From an uncultured delta proteobacterium (GTDB lineage: Bacteria > Desulfobacterota > Binatia > Binatales > Binataceae): a stretch of 24,000 nucleotides of DNA. The notes under the pieces were generated by a model. That model was not told the DNA's origin. It searched no databases and worked only from the letters and a program-made list of their open reading frames with translations. The stretch is from assembly GCA_963711565.1 (NCBI GenBank), contig CAVQEQ010000003.1, positions 1,335,629 through 1,359,628 of the forward strand, in the 5' to 3' direction. The position numbers were made by a program, and so were the translations under genes. Below are positions 21,250-24,000 of this stretch, piece after piece; the stretch's first letter is position 1, and every line of letters begins with the position of its first letter.

Positions 21250-24000
21250 CTACGATTTTAATTCTTCGAGGATCGCCTTCGCCTCGCGCAGATCGCTGGT
21301 ATCGAATCCCTCGGTGAATAGCGCGAACACCGGCGCCAGAGCTGCGCGAGCATCGTCGCGCCTGCCGGTCTTCACCAGCAGCCGCGCCAGGCTCGACGCC
21401 GCGCGCAGCCGCCATGAGTTCGCGCCCTGACGCACTGCAATCTCGATCGCACCGCGGAAGCATCGCTCGGCTTCGGCGGCGCCGTCGGGACGCAGCAGCA
21501 TCGCCTCGCCGCGGAGCCTGTGCACTTCAACCTCGAGCAGGCGATGGTCCTTTTGCTCGACCCGTCGCGCGATCTCGTCGAGCGCGCGCAGACATTCGTC
21601 CACTCGTTTCATCGTGAGATACACTTCCGCCAGCATGATGAAAGAGAACGTGTAGATCAGGTCGGCGCCGCTTGCGGCAAGTTCCTCCACTGCCTCTTTC
21701 AGCATCGCGAGGCCGGACATCATCGCCGCTTCATCGCCACGAAATTCGCCCTCGCCGGCGACCGTGCGCGCCAGGCACATCTTTCCGGCCGCCAGCCAAA
21801 ACGGCAGTCCATTTTCGCGCGACAGCTCGATCAAGGCCTCCGAACGGGGCCGCACCTCGTCGTACTCATGCCGGAAATGCATCAGCACGATCGCGTACAG
21901 GTTGGCAAACGCGACGCTGAAGGGACGGCGAAGCTGCACCGCCATTTCGTTTGCCTCGTCCATCCTGCGTTTCGCCTGGTCGGGGAATCCGGCCATATGC
22001 AGCGCCCACGCAAGATTGCAGCGTGACGGTGTGACCGGCGCCTGCATCATCCGCAGATAGCGCGGAAGATCGCCGTCGAAGCCTTTGGCGGCAATCTCCA
22101 GGTGTTCGCGCGCCGCGGGAAACTCGCCCATCCAGAGCTGCGAAGCCCCCATCGCGTTGTGCGCCACCGCCGACGCGAGATCGGATTCCATGCGCCACGC
22201 CAACACGAGCAATCGATCCGCCAACAGGCGGCTTTCGCGCAATTGTCCGTTGGCGTGATCGAAGCTCCACAGCGACGCCAGCACGCCGAAGATCTCTGGC
22301 GTCTCACCGGCGCGGCGGCAAAGTTCCTGCGCACGCTCGATATTGGTCGCCAGCTCCGCCGACGAAAATCCCTGGACCGCGACCAGCAGCGGCCCCATCA
22401 TCATCTGGATCTTCAGCTCGATCTGGTCGCGCTCCCGCGATTCCGGCATCGTCGCGATCAGCCGCAACGCCTCGCGCCCATACCCGATCGCGTCATTGTA
22501 GGCTGACCGCGCCCCGGCCTGCTCGGCCGCGCGGCGCAAATATTCGACCGCCTTGGGCGCGTTGGCGCTGCGGCTATAGTGATGAGCCAAATCAGCTACG
22601 TGATCGTCCAACGTCGCCGCGAAAATCTCCTCAAGCGCCGCCGCGGTGCGCTCGTGGATGACCCTGCGCCGCTGCATCAGCACCGAGTCGTAGGCGACCT
22701 CCTGCGTCAGCGCGTGCTTGAAGGTGTATTCGTTTTCGGGAAACGCCGGCTGTTCGTAGATGAACTCCGCCGCCTGCAGGTTCGACAACATTGGCGCAAG
22801 CGCGTCGTCAGGCTTGCCGACCACGCGCCGCACCAGGCCGATCGGAAATTCCTTGCCGATCACCGCCAGCGATTGCAGCAGGTCCTTGTCCACCGCCGCG
22901 AGCTTGTCGATTCGCGCGGCCAGGATTCCCTTGACCGTCAACGGTATCTCGATCGACGTGAGCGGCTTCGCAATCGACACCTTGCCGTCGCGGATCAGCA
23001 CGCCTTGGTCGAACAGCACCTGCACCATCTCTTCCATGAAAAATGGATTGCCCTGGGTGCGCTCGATGATCGTCGCCTTCAACGAATCGAGCGCGATGTC
23101 GTCGCCCAACATCGCCGACAGCAGCTCGGCCGCGTTGTCGGCTCCCAGCGGATCGAGCCGCATCTGCGTGTAGTAGGTTTTGTTGCCCCAGTTGTGGCGA
23201 TACTCGGGCCGATAGTTGACCATCATCAGAATTTGCGCGGTGCCGATCGAATCGGCGATCAGGTTCAGCAGCGCTTCGGACTCCGCGTTGACCCAGTGCA
23301 GGTCCTCGAAAATAAGAATCAGCGGCTGATTGAGGCTCTCGCGCACGATCAGGCTCTTGACCGCCTCGCGCGTGCGGCGGCGGCGGATCGAAGGATCCAT
23401 CTCGTCGAGCCGCGCGTCGCCCGACGGAATTCCCAGCAGCGCAAACAGATGCGGCAGCGTATCCTCCAGCGCGCGATCGAGCGCAATCACTTTACCGGTG
23501 ACCTTCTCGCGCCGCGTGCGTGCGTCGTCGCGATCGGCGATTCGAAAATAAGTCTTGAGCAGATCGACCACCGGCAGGTAGGCCGACGCTTTGCCGTGCG
23601 AGAACGAGAATGCTTCGAGCACCAGGCATTCAGCCTGCCGGCGCATCTTGAATTCGTAAAACAGGCGCGACTTGCCGACTCCGGCCTCGGCCATCGCCGC
23701 GACGATCTGCCCATGCCCATCGCGCGCCAGTTCGAGCGCCTTGTCGAGTTGCTCGAGCTCAGTGTGCCGTCCGACGAACTTCGACAGCCCGCGCGACGCC
23801 GACATCTGAAGGCGCGTCCGGAGCGGGCCGATCCCGATCACCTCATACACATTGATCGGATCGGTGACGCCCTTGATTCGCGCCGGGCCGAGCGGTTTCA
23901 GGTCGAAGTAGCCGGCCGTGAGTTTTTGCGTTTGCTCCGTGATGACGATCGAGCCGGTCGGCGCGAGGGTTTGCATACGCGCCGCCAGACTCATCGAATG
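21250..24000 (-). CDS. Class III adenylate/guanylate cyclase - STAND/AAA_16 ATPase - TPR multidomain protein (5-prime end outside window)
   Basis: The frame is open to the window edge. The first visible residues (IVITEQTQKLTAGYFDLKPLGPARIKGVTDPINVYEV) look like the C-terminal end of a cyclase catalytic domain. Walker A follows (AEAGVGKSRLFYEF), then Walker B-like LILIFEDLHW, then about 500 aa of TPR-like helical repeats. No C-terminal HTH is present. Confidence 0.82.
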   Translation of the reverse strand, partial: HSMSLAARMQTLAPTGSIVITEQTQKLTAGYFDLKPLGPARIKGVTDPINVYEVIGIGPLRTRLQMSASRGLSKFVGRHTELEQLDKALELARDGHGQIVAAMAEAGVGKSRLFYEFKMRRQAECLVLEAFSFSHGKASAYLPVVDLLKTYFRIADRDDARTRREKVTGKVIALDRALEDTLPHLFALLGIPSGDARLDEMDPSIRRRRTREAVKSLIVRESLNQPLILIFEDLHWVNAESEALLNLIADSIGTAQILMMVNYRPEYRHNWGNKTYYTQMRLDPLGADNAAELLSAMLGDDIALDSLKATIIERTQGNPFFMEEMVQVLFDQGVLIRDGKVSIAKPLTSIEIPLTVKGILAARIDKLAAVDKDLLQSLAVIGKEFPIGLVRRVVGKPDDALAPMLSNLQAAEFIYEQPAFPENEYTFKHALTQEVAYDSVLMQRRRVIHERTAAALEEIFAATLDDHVADLAHHYSRSANAPKAVEYLRRAAEQAGARSAYNDAIGYGREALRLIATMPESRERDQIELKIQMMMGPLLVAVQGFSSAELATNIERAQELCRRAGETPEIFGVLASLWSFDHANGQLRESRLLADRLLVLAWRMESDLASAVAHNAMGASQLWMGEFPAAREHLEIAAKGFDGDLPRYLRMMQAPVTPSRCNLAWALHMAGFPDQAKRRMDEANEMAVQLRRPFSVAFANLYAIVLMHFRHEYDEVRPRSEALIELSRENGLPFWLAAGKMCLARTVAGEGEFRGDEAAMMSGLAMLKEAVEELAASGADLIYTFSFIMLAEVYLTMKRVDECLRALDEIARRVEQKDHRLLEVEVHRLRGEAMLLRPDGAAEAERCFRGAIEIAVRQGANSWRLRAASSLARLLVKTGRRDDARAALAPVFALFTEGFDTSDLREAKAILEELKS

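Noticed and set aside
21414-23551. Multiple plus-strand ORFs (for example 21520..22026, 22102..22506, 22760..23173) opposite the cyclase-STAND-TPR gene
   Set aside because: They are short, mutually out-of-frame, low-complexity shadows of a single long minus-strand gene.
1-24000. Looked for CRISPR arrays, tRNA/rRNA genes (T-loop GGTTCGA-type motifs) and integrase or att sites
   Set aside because: No regularly spaced direct repeats are present. The few GTTCGA hits lie inside coding genes without cloverleaf context. No integrase gene is present.

Overview
24 kb from a GC-rich bacterium (hand-sampled 60-nt lines in core genes are about 62-65% GC). No tools or database searches were used. Every family call comes from motifs read by eye in the supplied translations, so product names are family-level hypotheses. 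I support about 20 protein-coding genes. On the + strand: a secreted M20 peptidase and a FIST sensor protein in one operon, an acyl-CoA dehydrogenase, a putative lipoprotein, a TetR regulator with a ferritin-like diiron protein, a RAYT-type HUH tyrosine transposase, hrcA, a small His-tailed ORF and a PBP5-type D-Ala-D-Ala carboxypeptidase. On the - strand: a class I SAM methyltransferase, a GNAT acetyltransferase translationally coupled to a ViaA-like VWA protein, an ATP-dependent DNA ligase, a restriction-modification-like pair, an alpha/beta hydrolase, a lipoprotein, a GT2-methyltransferase fusion, and a cyclase-STAND-TPR signalling protein cut by the window end. No rRNA, tRNA or CRISPR array was seen. 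Most of the window looks like ordinary chromosome. Four short blocks have visibly lower GC and look accessory or regulatory: about 7012-7160, 8893-9530, 12840-13000 and 15036-17300. The observations most worth a second look are listed here. (1) A low-GC nuclease-candidate plus N6A-methyltransferase pair overlaps by one base (TGATG) and lies head-to-tail upstream of the DNA ligase. (2) A VWA protein is coupled by an ATGA overlap to a GNAT, with no MoxR ATPase partner nearby. (3) The RAYT gene is bracketed by inverted 22-nt GTAG/GCAG-hairpin units. (4) Two unrelated structured repeat elements occupy intergenic DNA. One is a G/C-tract composite with G-quadruplex potential. The other is a perfect 32-bp inverted repeat next to a truncated transporter gene. 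(5) A perfect 9-7-9 palindrome lies at the TetR/diiron operon. Many long ORFs in the track are antisense or off-frame shadows typical of GC-rich DNA and were rejected.
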